Positions 23,867-38,111 of a stretch of DNA of 64,000 bases are shown in pieces. The stretch is from Azolla caroliniana. Its lineage: Eukaryota > Plantae > Polypodiophyta. The stretch is taken from positions 13,764,001 through 13,828,000 of the forward strand of contig JBHGNT010000009.1 in assembly GCA_043228905.1 (NCBI GenBank), written 5' to 3'. The stretch's first letter is position 1; every line of letters begins with the position of its first letter. Both the position numbers and the translations under genes were made by a program. Under the pieces are notes generated by a model that was not told the DNA's origin, ran no database searches, and saw nothing but the letters and a program-made list of their open reading frames with translations.

Positions 23867-24424
23867 TGGGATGGGTCCAACATGCTAGGGCACTGTCCCA
23901 CAGGCGTGCTAGGTGTTGTCCGTTGGAAGAGGATTAACGGGATGGGTCCAACATGCTAGGGCACTGTCCCACAGGCGTGTTAGGTGTTGTCTGCTGGAAT
24001 AGTAACCGACGGACAAGAGCGTAGGAATAAGAAATAATATAAGATCATAACGCATGTAACGGTTCACGCAGGAAGCGTGAACGACTAGATAGACCCTGCG
24101 TATATAAAGGGCAAAAAACCTCTGATAGAGGGCGTGTGTAATTTTGGGGAATGTAAGAAACGTCTCATAATAGAATTCTATCTTCTCTGATTTTCTGCGT
24201 ATAGCTACGGCTAATCCACTGTGTGTGTCTTGAATACCTGAGCGTGTAAGAATGTAAGTGTAACCCTCACTAAGCATTCGGTTGTAGCCGTCTCCCTTAT
24301 ACGCTGATAGGTTACAGGGAACATTCCCCTACGCATTACGCTTAGACACCTATTCGTTGTTCCACACCCACTTGGAGGTCTAGGTTGAAGGACTGACCGC
24401 GGACCGTGTTCCTAATCGGCAACA

Positions 24425-25120
24425 GTTCTCCACTTCAGTTGTCCATCGAGTGAAGACCTTGAGTGTTTCGTCTTTGGACCTGATGGAGTAGGCCCATACC
24501 TTCCGTGTATAGTCATCTACAAAGGTGATGAAGTATCAGGAGCCTCCTAGTGATCGCTCTGGCATGAGCCCACATATATATGTGTGCACGAGCTCTAGGG
24601 GTTGTCGTATCATCTCATAGTAGAGAGTGTGTGGACTTCAGGTATGTTTCCCGTATCGACAATGTTCGCAAAAGTCCGTCTTTGCTTGGAGTTTAGGGAT
24701 GTAGCCGACCGCCATCGGTTGATCAAGTTTTGCTTGAGACATATGGCCGAGTTGGCCATGCCATTAGTTCGGGTCAGTCTTTTCGGTTACATTCACGACC
24801 CCTTTTGGATTGATCGCCATCAGTGGGTACAAGCTGTTGTACTTGTGCCCGCTCCCAATGCTAAGGTTCCCTTGGTTGATCATCCATACCGACTCACTTA
24901 GTCGCTTTGTACCCGTTTTTGGCTAACATGACGATGGAGACCAAACTCCTTTTTAGATCGGGTACGTGCCACACTCGGTGCAGGGTGATCATGTTGCCAT
25001 TTGGCAGTCTGATGGGGACCTCTCTTGTCCCTACAATTTTGCATTCCTGCCCGTTGCCTAGTCAGACTGTGCCGTTGACTTTGGCTGAACAGTTCGAGAA
25101 TCATTCAATGTTGTTTTGGG
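24425..25120 (-). mobile_element. Copia protease/integrase fragment
   Basis: Degenerate LWHGQLGHMS, CEHCRYGKH and YFITFVDDYTRKVW on the minus strand. Confidence 0.7.
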
Positions 25121-26833
25121 CTATTTACAAATATAGCCTCAATGGGCTTATCCTAACATATTTACAAATATGTCCTTGGATCCGATTCACACCAAATCCA
25201 TCCGGATTGACTAGTTTCGGTTTCCGGATCTTATCCGAAACCCTTCTGAATCCGGCTTCTTCATTTGGCTCGTCCGATCTAGCTCCTCTGATCCAGCTGC
25301 TCCGGTTCTCATCCGGAGACCGAAATCCCAACAAACTTCCCCTTCACCCCGGCATGGGATTTCTCGTTAATCCAATTCGTCATCGGCACACGTCTAGCTT
25401 GTCGGTTGGGAGCACCTTGGTCAGCATATCTGATCCGTTCTCCTTTGTGTGGATCTTCGTCAGCACAAAGTCTTGATCTTCTACACTCTCTCGGATTCAG
25501 TGATACCTCCGCTAGATGTGCTTCGTCCAGGAATGGTATGCCGTATTCTTTGCAAGGGGGATGGCACTTTGATTGTTGCAGTAGAGCCGGTATTCCTCAT
25601 GTCAAACCCGTAGCTGTCCGATGAAGTCCTTCATCCATATTACTTCCTTTCCGGCTTCCACAGCTACCATATACTCTGCTTCCGTTGTTGATAGTGCAAC
25701 GGACTTCTACAGCCTTCACTGCCATGATACAATTCCCCCTGCATATGTCATGACATATCCAGATGTAGACCGGCTGGTATCCGCATCAGCCGACATATAT
25801 GAATCCGTGAATCCATCAAGTTGGGTTTTACCGAAGCCGAACCGGAGGCACATACTCAAGGTGTCTTTCAAGTTCCGGAGTATCCACTTGACCGCGTTCC
25901 AATGCTCTCTTCCAAGATTGCTCATGAACCCGCGGACTACTCTGACAACATATGCAATATCCGGTCGGGTGCACACCATTGCGTACATTAAGCTTCCGAT
26001 GGCAAAGGCATATGGTATCTTCGTCATATCCAACTTCTCTGCCTTTGTCTTCGAGCTATGCTTTCTAGACAACTTGCAATTTGTCGGAAGTGTCGATTCG
26101 ACCGGTTTTTCCTCTAACATGTTGAACCGTTGAAGCACCTTTGTCACGTACTTTTCTTGTGACAACCACAATAGCTTCTTCTTCCAGTCCCGGATGATGT
26201 GCATCCCTAAGATTTGTCTTGCCGGACCCAAGTCGTTCCTTGAGAAGGTCTGGTTCAAAGCCTTCTTCAGCATTTGGACCTTGACTTGGTCTCGTCCAAC
26301 GATCAACATGTCATCCACGTACAGGAGCAATATTAGGAAATCTCCTCCGTCCAATTTCTTCACAAACACACAGTGATCAGCTTGCGTCTTATGGTACCCT
26401 TCGTCGGTCATGAAGGAGTCGAACTTCCTGTACCATTGCCGGGGAGCTTGCTTCAATCCGTAGAAGCTCTTCTTCAGTCAGCACACCAGGTGCTCCTTCC
26501 CTTTCTTCTAAAATCCTTCCGGTTGATGCATGTAGATCTCTTCTTCGAGGTCGCCATGAAGGAATGTCGTCTTGATGTCCAGTTTCTCTACCTCGAGGTC
26601 CATGCTTGCCGCTATGCTCAATACCATCAGGATGGATGTCATCTTTACAACCGGGGTAAAGATCTCACCAAAATCCACACCTTTCTTCTATTGGAAACCC
26701 TTCACTACAATCCGGTATCGAGGAAATCCTCGCGTGTTCATGAAATGAAGCAGTACCATCGGGGTCATGGACTGGAAGGATTCGATGTTTTTAACAGCGT
26801 AAGCGAGAAAATATTGAAGATAGATATATGGAT

Positions 26834-26871
<38 letters not shown>

Positions 26872-29800
26872 AAACCTTGACTTTACTTTTACGAGACAAG
26901 ATACATCACCAGCAGGATAACTCCGATCTTTGATTAAAAGTTTCTTTTTTTTACTTACATCACTTGCCTCCTCACACAAGCCCAACTATTAGGCTTTTAT
27001 AAGTCTCTCCATGCAAAAACGATGGGCTAAACCCATGGGCTAAAATCATGGGCTGAAACCACGAACTAAAACCATGGTTTTGCGGCCATGGTTTCTATAT
27101 GTTTGCTTCCTATAAAATACTGAATATGAAAAGAAAATATACAAATTATAAAGCACTCAGTAGTGGCTTTAGTGGTAAGGTAATTTGTCTCCTATCTTGG
27201 AGGTGCAAGGTTCAAGCCTTTCTTCCACCCCTATGTATGCACTTAAATGGTTTAGTCTTATTTTTATATTTACATTTGAGCGCACATCACACATGCACAT
27301 GTTTAACTTGACACCTAGATTTTCTTTTACAATTCTCATTTCAGTTCTATTTACAACACGCTAGTATATGCGTGTGGCCTTCACCCCTTTCACATGTGCA
27401 CATTGAACCTTCTCGATTTCGTTCTTTGCACACAATTTTCACACCGTTCCCGAAAATCTTCACAACATCCACCCCCACCAAACCGCACGTCCTCTGGTAC
27501 TTGCCAAGAAGAGAGAGTGTGAGATTTTGGCTACGGTGATTAGTACGATTCCTCTGTTTCGAGCATGTCCATTCCCTTCACTCGAACCATTGTCGCCATC
27601 CAATCCACCATATCCTTCGCTCATTCTTTGCTTTACCATGACCAGTTGTCATGGCCCCTTGTTCTCCTTCCGAGCATAATCGTTTAGGCTTTATGCATGT
27701 TCCACCTTTGTTCCGACCATCTCCTTGGTCAAGGCACTCTACACTTCGTCCGCCTTCGTCGTACAATCTCGCGTTAGAGTTGGTGATCTTCACGTTAGAG
27801 CCCTGCTTAGTCGAGATCTCATCCTCGGTAACACCCTTCAAATCCGCTTGGCTCATTTGACCCTTGTCGTCCATGGAAGTGCACCTACTTGGCCTCTTCC
27901 TTGTCTTCATCAACCTTGAGTTCTTTCCAGATCGGTCTCGTCCGATCGGCTTTCGGTTGGATCGGCTTCCATTCGGATTTGGATTCGGCTGAATCAAACT
28001 TGATTGATTGGTTTCGACCGAGTCGGCCCCCTTCCGGGTCGGGTCCAACCGATCAGTTTCGGTCCAGGTTGGCTTCCATTTCCTCATGTTCATTGGCCTC
28101 GACCGGTTCAACCTCCAATTGAGTCGGATTAGCTTCTTTCCGGATCGGTCTCGTTTGATCGGCTTCAGGCTTGAACGATTTCCATCCGGGTCGGGCTTGA
28201 CCGATCGGATTTCGGCCAAATCCACTTCCATTTAGTTTGACATTTGTTTAGGCCAGAATTCCGGCCGGATCATCTTCCGTCAAAACTCATTTCCGGTTGT
28301 ACGTTCCTTGGTGTCACCTCCCGTCTCTCCGGTCTCACGTTGGTTCTCGAACACAACCGCCGATGTCTCTAGAATTAGAGGGCAAGAATCCTTGGTATTA
28401 CTATCCTCTGTCGTTTCGCCCATAGCCACCTTCTAGGCTATCTCTTCGTCGTATGCATCGACTTTGAACTTTGTTTTCTCTCCGCCACCTTCCATCTCTT
28501 CGGTCTCACATTGCCTTTCGAACACAACAGCCGAAGTCTCTAGGATTAGTGGTGGGAAAGTCTCGACATGGCCATTCTCCATTGACTCGTCCATAGCCAC
28601 CTCTGACTCGATATCTTCTTTCGTGGCTACCTCTATAGACTCATGGGCCTCGTACCCATTAACCCTCTTGATCGAGCAAGCCTCGATTATGCTTCCCTCT
28701 TCGTCACATGTATTAGTTTTGACCTTTAGCTCCTCGCCGACACCTTCCGTCTCTTGGGTCTCACATTGGTTCTTGGACGCAACTGCCCAAGTCTCTGGAA
28801 CAAGTGCGGAGAAAATCTGGTTGTGGCCGTTGTTGACGCTTGTTGTCTTGTTCATAGCCACCTCCTTGATGTCGATTTTAGTGGCTAGATCCTCCATCAT
28901 GTCGATCTCACACTCTTTATCTCCCTTAATGCAAGCTTCGATTTGGCTTGCTCCATCATCCGTTGTTTCGAACACGACGCATGTTCTGAAACATTTGTCC
29001 TCCTTTGAAATGGCTGTCATCGTCCTCGAGTCATCATCAATCTTCTTTTCATGTTGGATGCGTTGTTTAGGCATCTCGACTTCTTTAGATGGTTTTGATT
29101 CTTCTACGCTTAGTCCTACCAAGTAAATATCATCAAGCCATTAATGAAGCTTGTCGATCTTGTTGCATGCTTGCTTCACCGCAACCCAGTCCGCCACAAG
29201 CCCGTTCTCTTGGGTATCATCTTCGAGGAGAGTCCCTAGTTCTCTTCTATCCTTCATATCCACAACTTTCAGGACGTACAGAGTCTTGTACTCCTCAAGC
29301 AGCAGTTGGTCCGTGGAAAGGAGATGACAAACATTTGGTTGAACTCGTCGTATACCCTCGAGGCACTCATCTTCATATTTTTCTTCTCTATCCACTTCAT
29401 CAAGACATGTCGAGTCATCCTCGACAAATCTTCCTTCGCAAACTCTGCTAATATTGCTCTTTCAAACTCTGACCATGTTGTCTTCCTTTCTTGAAGCTCG
29501 ATGACACGCATTTGGACGTTGTTGGCGGCAATTCTCTTGAAACTTAAGATTTGACGTGCTTCAGACACATCCCTTTGATTCATCTCCCTTTTGTATACAT
29601 CCAGGAACTTCATAATGTTCCTTCCATCAAATTGACCCTAGATCTCCATGACACGGTTGATGACCTTCTCCACACTCGCATTGTTGTCCTGAGATCTCAT
29701 CATTTGTTCAAAGATTATCATCATTCTTTCGAACTCTCCCACTTGATTGCTTGAGGATATCATCTCCAAGTATTGGTCGATCCTTGTCTTGATCCTTCCT

Positions 29801-29951
29801 ACCACTTCTTCGCGTCAGGTTCACCAAGTAAGATGTCGAGGAAATCCTCGTGTGTTCGCGAAATGAAGTGGGACCACCGGGGTCCTGGACCGGAAGGATT
29901 CGATGTCTTTAGCAGTGTAAGTGAGAAAGTATTGAAGATAGGTAGATGGAT

Positions 29952-29985
<34 letters not shown>

Positions 29986-32929
29986 AGATAGAGATTGAAC
30001 CCTTGACTTTAGTTTTACGAGACAAGATACATCACCATTAGGATAACTCCGATCTTTGATTAAAAGTTTCTTCTTTTTACTTATATCACTTGCCTCCTTA
30101 CACAAACCCAACTATTAGGCTTTTATAGGTCTCTCCATGCAAAAACCATGGGCTAAACCCACGGGCTAAAACCATGGGCTGAAACCACGAGCTAAAACCA
30201 TGGTTTTGCGCCCATGGTTTCTATATGTTTGCTTCCTACAAAATACTAAACATGAAAAGAAAATATACAAATTCTAAAGCACTCAATAGTGCCTTTAGTG
30301 GTAAGTTAATTTTTCTCCTATCTTGGAGGTGCAAGCTTCAAGCCTTTCTTCTACCCCTATGTATGCACTTAAATGCTTTAGGCTGGTAACCGACTAACAT
30401 CTGGTTTTCAACCGGGTACATCCTTGTGCCCTCAAGTCAGTTTTCATTGGATGATCCGGAGTTCATCACCTTCTTCTCTGAATCCCAATCGGAAATGGTC
30501 CTGTCTTCCATGACGACTATGTTCCAACTCCGGAACACCTTCTTGTCGACGAGATCCCACACTCAATAATCGAACTCATCATCACCGTATCCAAGGAATA
30601 TGCATGGTTGGCTCTTCGGATTCAGCTTTGCTCTCTTGTTCTTTGCGACATACACATATGTGAGACAGCCAAACACTTTTAGATGAGCGTAAGATACATC
30701 TTTACTGGTCCATACTTTCTGTAGTGAGTCTCCGTCCAAGGGTATTGAGGGTTTATTAGTTTATCACATAGGTCGCCGTCATCATCGCCTCAACCCAAAA
30801 TGTCTTGGGTAACTTGGCATGTGCTAGCATGCTTCAGACTCTCTGCATTATGGTTCGGTTCATCCGTTCAGCCAACTCGTTTAATTCCGGCATCTTCGGC
30901 ACGGTAAATTCGACTTGATTCCCTTCGACCAAAAGTACTCTTCGAACTACCCCTGGTATTCACCTCTGTTATCTGCTCGAACAGCCTTAAGCTTCCAACT
31001 AGTTTCTCTTGCCACTCTCGCATGGGGTTCCTTGAAGACAGACAACACCTGATCCTTTGTCTTCTACGGTGAGACCCATAGCTTTCGCCTATTGGTCGTC
31101 TATGAAGGTCAGGAAGTACTACGATCTGGCATGTGACTACGTGTCGACATGACACACATCGGTATGCACCAATTCCAGTGGTGCATTCCATCTCATCAGT
31201 GGTCATGACTGGAAGGAGGTTCGGTTTTGTTTTCCGGCCAAGCAATTGGTGCACTTCTCAAGATGCACGTCTTTCACCTCCAAAATGAGGTTGTCTTTGG
31301 CATGTCTTCTCATCCCCTTTTGGCTCATGTGACACAACCTCTTGTGCCACAGCTCACCAACAGTGTCAGATACTACGTTCACTTCTTCGCAGCATATCGG
31401 GGCATGCATAAGATACAATGTGTTGATCTTCTGGGCTCGAGCCACAATCAAGCTTCCTTTGCTGAATTTCATGACTCCGTTCCGGATGCTACCCATGTAG
31501 CCTTCATCATCTAGCCGACCGGTTGATATTAGGTTCAACCGAACCTCCCGAACGTGTCAGACTTCTTTCAGCAACAACTTGTATCCGATTGATGTCGTCA
31601 ACAACACATCTCCTATGCCAACAATTTGACATGTAACTTCATTCCCCATCCGGACACAATCGTGATCTCTGGTTGTGTAGGATGAGAAGCACCTCCGGTC
31701 TGGTGTCAGGTGGAACAACGCTCCAGAATCGACAACCCACGTTGTCTCGTCGCCGACAAGGTTTAACTCATTCTCCTCAGTAATGAGCATCAGTTCTTCT
31801 TCACTTGTCGCGATCTCCGACGTTCCTTCCCGATTTGAGCCTCTCCGTCCAAACCGTTTCGGTCCGAACTTTTCTTCGAATCGGTAGTGCCAGTTTCTTT
31901 TTCTTTTCGGACATGCGGACAGTTCGTCTAGAAGTGCCCCAACTTCCCACAGTAGAAGCAAGTAGGCCTCCCCCTTCACTTCGACCTCGTCCCCGATTTG
32001 TCCCGGTTTTGGGGACTTCGATACCAGCCTCTTCTTGCTTGTGGTTATCTTCCATAATCAAGGCCTTCTGATCAGTTCCGGATTCCCAGTCCTTTCGGCG
32101 AGCTTCTTCATCTAGCAAGCTTGATTTTACCCTTGCTAGGGACAACTGCTTTCCTTCCGGCCCGGCGTTGCCCAATGTGAAAACTAATGTCTCCCACCTA
32201 TTCGAGAGGCAACTAAGCAAGAGCAATGCGACTACCTCATCCACGAGGGGTACTTCCAATGAGGTGGCTTGGTGTATTAGCCCTTGGGATAGCATTCATG
32301 AGCTCCGCCATACTAGAGTCGTCTTGGTACCGGAGCCTCACTAACTTCTGGAATACCGAAACCCGATTAACGACATTTTTGTTCTGGAACATGATGCTGA
32401 TCTTCTCCCAGAGTTCATGAGCCTTACTTTCTTCATTGAAGTTGTTGGACAGTCTCATGTCAATGAAGCACCGGATGTACGCCGTTGTCTTCATGTGTAT
32501 CACCTCCCATATCCTGGCATCAATCTTGTCAGGTTTCTTGTCCCCGAACTGTCCTGGCAGCCAAAGATCTTTGACCACGTGCATGTCCCTCATCTTCGAC
32601 TTCCACACTGAGTAGTTGGAGCCGGTGAGCTTGAACATGCCGCCGAATGACTCTTCCAATTCCTGTGTTGTTCGCTCTTATACCAGTTTGTGCGGAAAAT
32701 AGCGCTCGGCCACAATCGATTCTTAAACAAATAATAGAAGAAAACAAACTAACAACTAGATGACACAAGATGTTTACGTGGAAACCCTAAAGGGGAAAAA
32801 CCACGAGAGCCCATGGACTCAAACTATCACTATGAGGGGAGGAATAAAATGTTAGACTCAGAGGCAATGACCTCGAGCTCTATGTCTTTGCCAAACGGCG
32901 ATTACAACAAAAAACTCGTTCTGTTTCTC

Positions 32930-32964
<35 letters not shown>

Positions 32965-32975
32965 AACAACAACTC
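25121..32975 (-). mobile_element. Degenerate Copia related to 37308-43143, interrupted by a family-A element and deletions
   Basis: iMet-type primer-binding site (PBS) at 32674-32685; gag-PR-IN 32659-30385; RT/RNase H 26712-25349 (LYVDDM); PPT at about 25334-25348; partial LTRs. Confidence 0.85.
26716..30384 (-). mobile_element. Family-A non-autonomous gag-only LTR element
   Basis: 3' LTR 26716-27468 with adjacent PPT. 5' LTR 29834 to about 30384, truncated. tRNA-Trp-type PBS at 29811-29826. Broken ORF homologous to 35439-36848. No pol. Confidence 0.85.
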
Positions 32976-35438
32976 TATCGTTGTCGTTGCATCCGATTAT
33001 ACTCAGCGAACCTTACATTACGGCAGCTCGTATAGAGACTAAGGTGTTGGACAACGGTTCGGCATACGCAAGGGGGAAGAGCAAGGATAGTTAGCACTCT
33101 GTCCAATTTTGGTCGGTTCGGTCCAACCACGAGCGGAATCGCGACACTCTCGGCAACAATAGCGGAGAGGATTTTTGAAGAGGACTATCATGGTGTGGGG
33201 CCGTGGTAGTCTAGACAACTAGAAGAGACCCCGCACATGTACCATATGTACGAAACTTTCGTCCTCCGCTAACCGGCATCGATGGCTGGGAAAAGAAGTA
33301 TATCGAAGGACGCCTGAAGGCATGCAGTGCCTTAGCTTCCGATGACGAGATCAATGGCGTCGTGGAGGTTGTCTCATTCAAATACACCCTCAACGAAATT
33401 GAGAAGATAGTCGAAGTGTATCTTAGCAAAGACCGGGTCATTCTAATAAATTCCGTCGAGATGTACGAAGTCGTCGCGGACTTCGGGAAGATGATCGGGC
33501 CGGATTGGACCGGCTGAGTAGACACCAAGTACAAGACTGTGGACTGGAAGGTGAGGCCCATCGTGGCTCCCTTGCCAAAGGACATCTAGGAACGGATGAA
33601 AGGGGTCGCAACGGACCCAAGTTTACGAGATTCGGCCATCATAGGGCACTAGTTCATTGATGAGATGTTACGGGAGCTGAAGATTTGAGGGGGGTGGCCT
33701 CTTACTTCCGGCGGAGGAAGACCGGTTTCGGGGCATGTTCAGAAGGCTCGGGAAAGCCTTTGCATTCTCTCTAGGGGGAGATTGGGTGTGAGTCGACTCG
33801 ATGACTGTAGAGCCAACAGTGATATTCACGGTACCACAAGTCCAATGGAATCTCAAACCGATTCCGGTGTTGAGAGCTCAAATCCTGAAGTTGACGGAGA
33901 TGCTTAGGTAGAATGTTGATATGGGTATCTTCGAACCTTCGAGTGCCCCATACTCGAATCGGTGGTTGACAGTGCCGAAGAAGAACGACACACAATGCTT
34001 CATTCAGGACCTGCAACCGGTTAACAAGGTGACTATTCGCAATGCAGGAGTCGGTCCGATCATAGATGAGTTCGTAGAGGCCATCGCCGGTAGGTCGATC
34101 TACTCGGTCAGGGACCTATACTTGGGATATGACCAATTCCAACTAGTTATGGAGAGTAGAGATATCACGACAATGCGAACCCCTTTCGGCCTATTTCGGA
34201 TGTGTACCCTATCGTACGGAGGGACCAATTCAGTGGCGCACATGGTGACCTTTATTATGAAGGTTTTCGGCAATGGTGTGAAAATCACATAAGACGTACA
34301 AAATCAAATGTCAATCATATAAAACAGTAATAGTGAATATACTAATTCTAAGTAAGTTTAATATCTTAGTACAAAAGACCAATATCTTGAAGAGATGCAC
34401 TTTACTACATAAGAAACAGACATCTAAGTGTCAACTTATGTGGGTAAGAAGTTGCGAAAGAAAAAGAGAAAATTGTGACATATCCCACATAGATAGGACG
34501 AATAACGCTCTCACCATATATAACGTAAAGCAAAAGTTATTATCTTTGTTTCTATGTGTGGAGCATAGAGAGTTCAAGGTAACTGAACTAAGAGTGGAGG
34601 TGGCCAACCAAAACGGAACTGGACGGTAACCAGCGATCGGTGATTTGGCGGTATCAGCATCTGACGGAGCTGCGGAGACGGTATTTGGCATCGGGCAACG
34701 GCATCCGTCAACCAAATTAATAAATTAGCATCGAACGGAGCTAGTGATTCGGCGGTATCAGCAACCGACGGAGCTGGCAAGGCGGTATCCAGCGGCAACA
34801 GCATCCGGCGACCAAATTAATAAATAACTATATATATACAAGGAGGGCAAGTAAGGATTCAAACCATGCACCTTATAGTTAAGAGTCAGTAGGCTTACCA
34901 CTAAGCCATGACATTTAGTTGAATTTATATTTCTATCATTGTACTTTTACATGTAAATTCACATACATGAGAGCTAAAATGAGTGACATGGTTATCATGC
35001 ACCACAGGTAATACATGAGTGCCAAATGGCACACATGCATTTTATGCATGTCTTGTACCCTCACATGCATCATATGCGTGAGAACATCTATAAAAGAAGG
35101 GATGAAAAAGAAAAAGGGTTAGGCTCTTTTGGTTATGAAATTAAGAAAAAGAAAATTCGTTTTCGAATTGATCATGTAACTTGTTTCTTAAATCTAAAGA
35201 TAAAAGTTCAATCTATCTCTCTTAATCGAAAGTCAAGTGTTTAATCTCAACTTCTCTCTTTCCCAATCTATCTTAAATACTTCCTCACTAAAACTTGTAC
35301 CGACTTCGAATCCTTCCGGTCTAGAACCCCTGCGGTTCCACCTCACGATTCGCGCCTAGTGACGGATCTTCACGACATAATTAAGAGGTGAACCTGACGT
35401 GAAAGAGGCGGTAGGAAGGATCAAGTTGAGACCAATAC

Positions 35439-36848
35439 TTGGACATGGTGTCCTCAAGCAATCAAGCGGGAGACTTCGAAATGATGATGTTGATCGTCGA
35501 ACAAATGATGAGATCTCGAGACAACGATGCGAGCGTGGAGAAGGCCCTCGACCGTGTCGTTGAGCTAGAGGGTCAATTTGATGGAAGGAATGTTACGAAG
35601 TTCCTTGACGCATACAAAAGGGAGATGAATCAAAGAGACGTGTTTGAAGCACGACAAATCACAAGTTTCAAGAGGGTGGTGGCCAACAACATCCAAAGAC
35701 GCATCATCGAGATTCAAGAAGGTAAGACAACATGGTCCGAGTTCGGGAAAGCGATACTAGCGGAGTTCGCGACGGAAGATTTGACGAGGATGACTCGACA
35801 TGCCTTGATGAAATGGATAGAGAAGAAAAATAAGAAGATGAGCATCTCGAGGGTGTACGACGAGTTCGACCAAATGTTTAGTCGTCTCCGCAACACAGAC
35901 CAAGTGCTGCTTGAGGAGGACAAGACTTTGTACTTCTTGAAAGCTATGGACATGAAGGATAGACAAGAGTTGGGAACTCTACTCGAAGATGATACCCAAG
36001 CAAACGGCCTTGTGGCGGACTGGGTTGCGATGAAGCAAGCATGCAACAAGATTTACAGGCGTCATCGATGGCTCCATGATATTGACTTGGTAAGACCAAG
36101 CGTAGAAAAAGCAACACCATCTAAAGAGGTTGAGACGCCTAAACAACGCATCCAACATGAAAAGAAGATTGATGATGACTCAAGGACGATGATAGCCGTT
36201 TCAAGGGAGGTCGAATGTTTCGGAACATGCGTGGTGTTCGAAACAACGGATGATGGAACAAGCCAAATCGAAGCTTGCATCAATGGAGATAAAGAGAGCG
36301 AGGCTAGTGTAATTGAGGATCTAGCCGCTAAAGACGACATCAAGGAGGTGACTATGAACAAGATAACAAGCATCGACGACAACCACGACCGGATTTTCTC
36401 CACACATGCTCCGGAGACTTGGGCGGTTGCGTCAAAGAACCAACATGAGACCCAAGAGATAGAAGGTGTTGGCGAGGACCCGGAGGTCGAAACGAATACA
36501 TGCGACGAAGAGAAAAGCATGACCAAAGCTTGTTCGATCAAGAGGGTCAATGGGTACAAGGCCCATGAGATTGAAGAGATAGCCACGAAAAACGACATCG
36601 AGTCAAAGATGGCTATGAACGAGTTGATGGTGGATGGTCATGTGGAGACTTGGGCAGTTGCGTCCGAGAACCAACGTGAGACCCAAGAGACAGATGGTGG
36701 CGAAAAGGAAGAGAAGGACCAAGATAATACCGCCAATTACGACGGCAAAACTTTCTCCACACTTGTTCCAGAGACTTGGGCAATTGCGTCCGAGAACCGA
36801 TGTAAGACCCAAGAGACGGAAGGTGGCGGTTGGAAATCGAAGGACTGA
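35439..36848 (+). CDS. Gag-like protein with acidic ETWAVASEN-repeat tail
   Basis: Open 469-codon ORF immediately after the PBS; FDGRNVTKFLDAY gag-like motif; homolog at about 28433-29760. Confidence 0.65.
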   Translation: MDMVSSSNQAGDFEMMMLIVEQMMRSRDNDASVEKALDRVVELEGQFDGRNVTKFLDAYKREMNQRDVFEARQITSFKRVVANNIQRRIIEIQEGKTTWSEFGKAILAEFATEDLTRMTRHALMKWIEKKNKKMSISRVYDEFDQMFSRLRNTDQVLLEEDKTLYFLKAMDMKDRQELGTLLEDDTQANGLVADWVAMKQACNKIYRRHRWLHDIDLVRPSVEKATPSKEVETPKQRIQHEKKIDDDSRTMIAVSREVECFGTCVVFETTDDGTSQIEACINGDKESEASVIEDLAAKDDIKEVTMNKITSIDDNHDRIFSTHAPETWAVASKNQHETQEIEGVGEDPEVETNTCDEEKSMTKACSIKRVNGYKAHEIEEIATKNDIESKMAMNELMVDGHVETWAVASENQRETQETDGGEKEEKDQDNTANYDGKTFSTLVPETWAIASENRCKTQETEGGGWKSKD

Positions 36849-37394
36849 AACGACGATGAGGAGGATGACCACAAACGAAGGAATCCCTCCACACCAGTTC
36901 TAGAGACTTCGGTAGTTGTGCCCGAGAGCGAACATAAGACCAGAGAGATGGAAGGTGGCGGCGAGGAGAATAGGGTCGAAGCCAGCGCGTACAAAGGAAT
37001 GCTGGCCAAAAAGGACGCCAGAAAAAAAGCTACAATAGAGTTCGATGAAGAGCCAGATAGCGACAAGAAAGGAAGAATCGGAATACAATCCGGATGGAAG
37101 ATGATGCGGTTGGTATTCCGACCTGAACAGAAGCCGACCCGAATGAGAGTTGATGAACCGGGGCCGACCCAACCAAAAACTGGATGTAAACTGACCCGGA
37201 TGAAAGTCGATCGTCTGAGTCCGATTCGGCTGAATGCGAATCCAGATGAAGGCCGACCAAGCCAGAAGCTGATTGGTCGAGACACACAGAAGATGAATCG
37301 GCCTAGATGTTGGGAGACAGGTCCCTCTAGATGGGAAGGGAGAAGAACAGTGCCGATGAACAAACTCGGCCGAGGCCGAAACCGTATGAGGTGG

Positions 37395-37636
37395 ACCCGG
37401 CTACGGAGAGCTAGATGATGCAGACCTGGTGAAGACCGGATGAGGAGTACCCGGCTACGGAGAGCCGGATGGTACAGACCCGGTATGAACCAGATGAGGA
37501 GTACCCGGCTACGGAGAGCCGGATGATGTAGACCCGGTGAAGACCGGATGAGGAGTACCCGGCTACGGAGAGCCGGATGGTGCAGACCCGGTGAAGACCG
37601 GATGAGGAGTACCCGGCTACGGAGAACCGGATGAAG
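37395..37636 (+). repeat. 54-bp tandem repeat in the Copia 5' LTR, about 4.5 copies
   Basis: Unit CCCGGCTACGGAGAGCCGGATGATGCAGACCCGGTGAAGACCGGATGAGGAGTA. Confidence 0.9.
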
Positions 37637-38111
37637 AGACATATTCGTAAATATGTTTTTGATAGTCCATCGAGACTATATTTGTAAATAGCCGAAAAGT
37701 CATATTAGTATAAATATGACTTAGGGCAAACTAGTAGTTAGTTGTTGCCATTCTTGTTTTGAAGAAGAATAGAGAGAGTGCGTAACTGTGTACAGAGAGA
37801 GAGAGAGAGGTCGTTGCCTTTGTTGTAACCGCCGCCTGTGGCGAAGATCTGTGAGCACGAGGTCGTTGCCTCAGTGAACTCACTGTTGTACATTCTTACA
37901 TAGTGATAGTTTGCAACCTGTGGGCTGCCGTGGTTTTTCCCCTTAGTTTGGGGTTTTTCCACGTAAACCTCTTGTGTACCTTTCCTCTTCTTTGTGTCGC
38001 ATTTTATTTCCCGTTTTCTGTGTATTATTCTAAGCTCGGTTGTGGCCGAGCGTTGCGCATAAGGAGCCTTGAGCTCCCGTCAATTGGTATCAGAGCAAAA
38101 CAACATAGAAA

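Larger units (their letters stand above)
18193..24424 (+). mobile_element. 5'-truncated Ty3/Gypsy element: RT-RNaseH-integrase, extra ORF, 3' LTR (23985-24424)
   Basis: PKKNGKIRVCVDYRKLN, FLDGFSGYNQ, FLDDF, VDASD, WGLDFVGP, SDQGSQF. LTR TGTTGTC...GGCAACA resembles 46228-46686. Confidence 0.9.

Noticed and set aside
32934-32962. (TG)n and (GA)n microsatellites (also near 26835, 29953 and 42839)
   Set aside because: Ordinary simple repeats inside LTRs
37395-37636. CRISPR-like regular repeats
   Set aside because: Contiguous 54-bp tandem units with no unique spacers, duplicated in both LTRs, and no cas genes
36737-37642. 301-aa ORF with LRSRVLLIRSSPGLHHPA repeats (also 42324-42689)
   Set aside because: Antisense translation of the 54-bp LTR repeat
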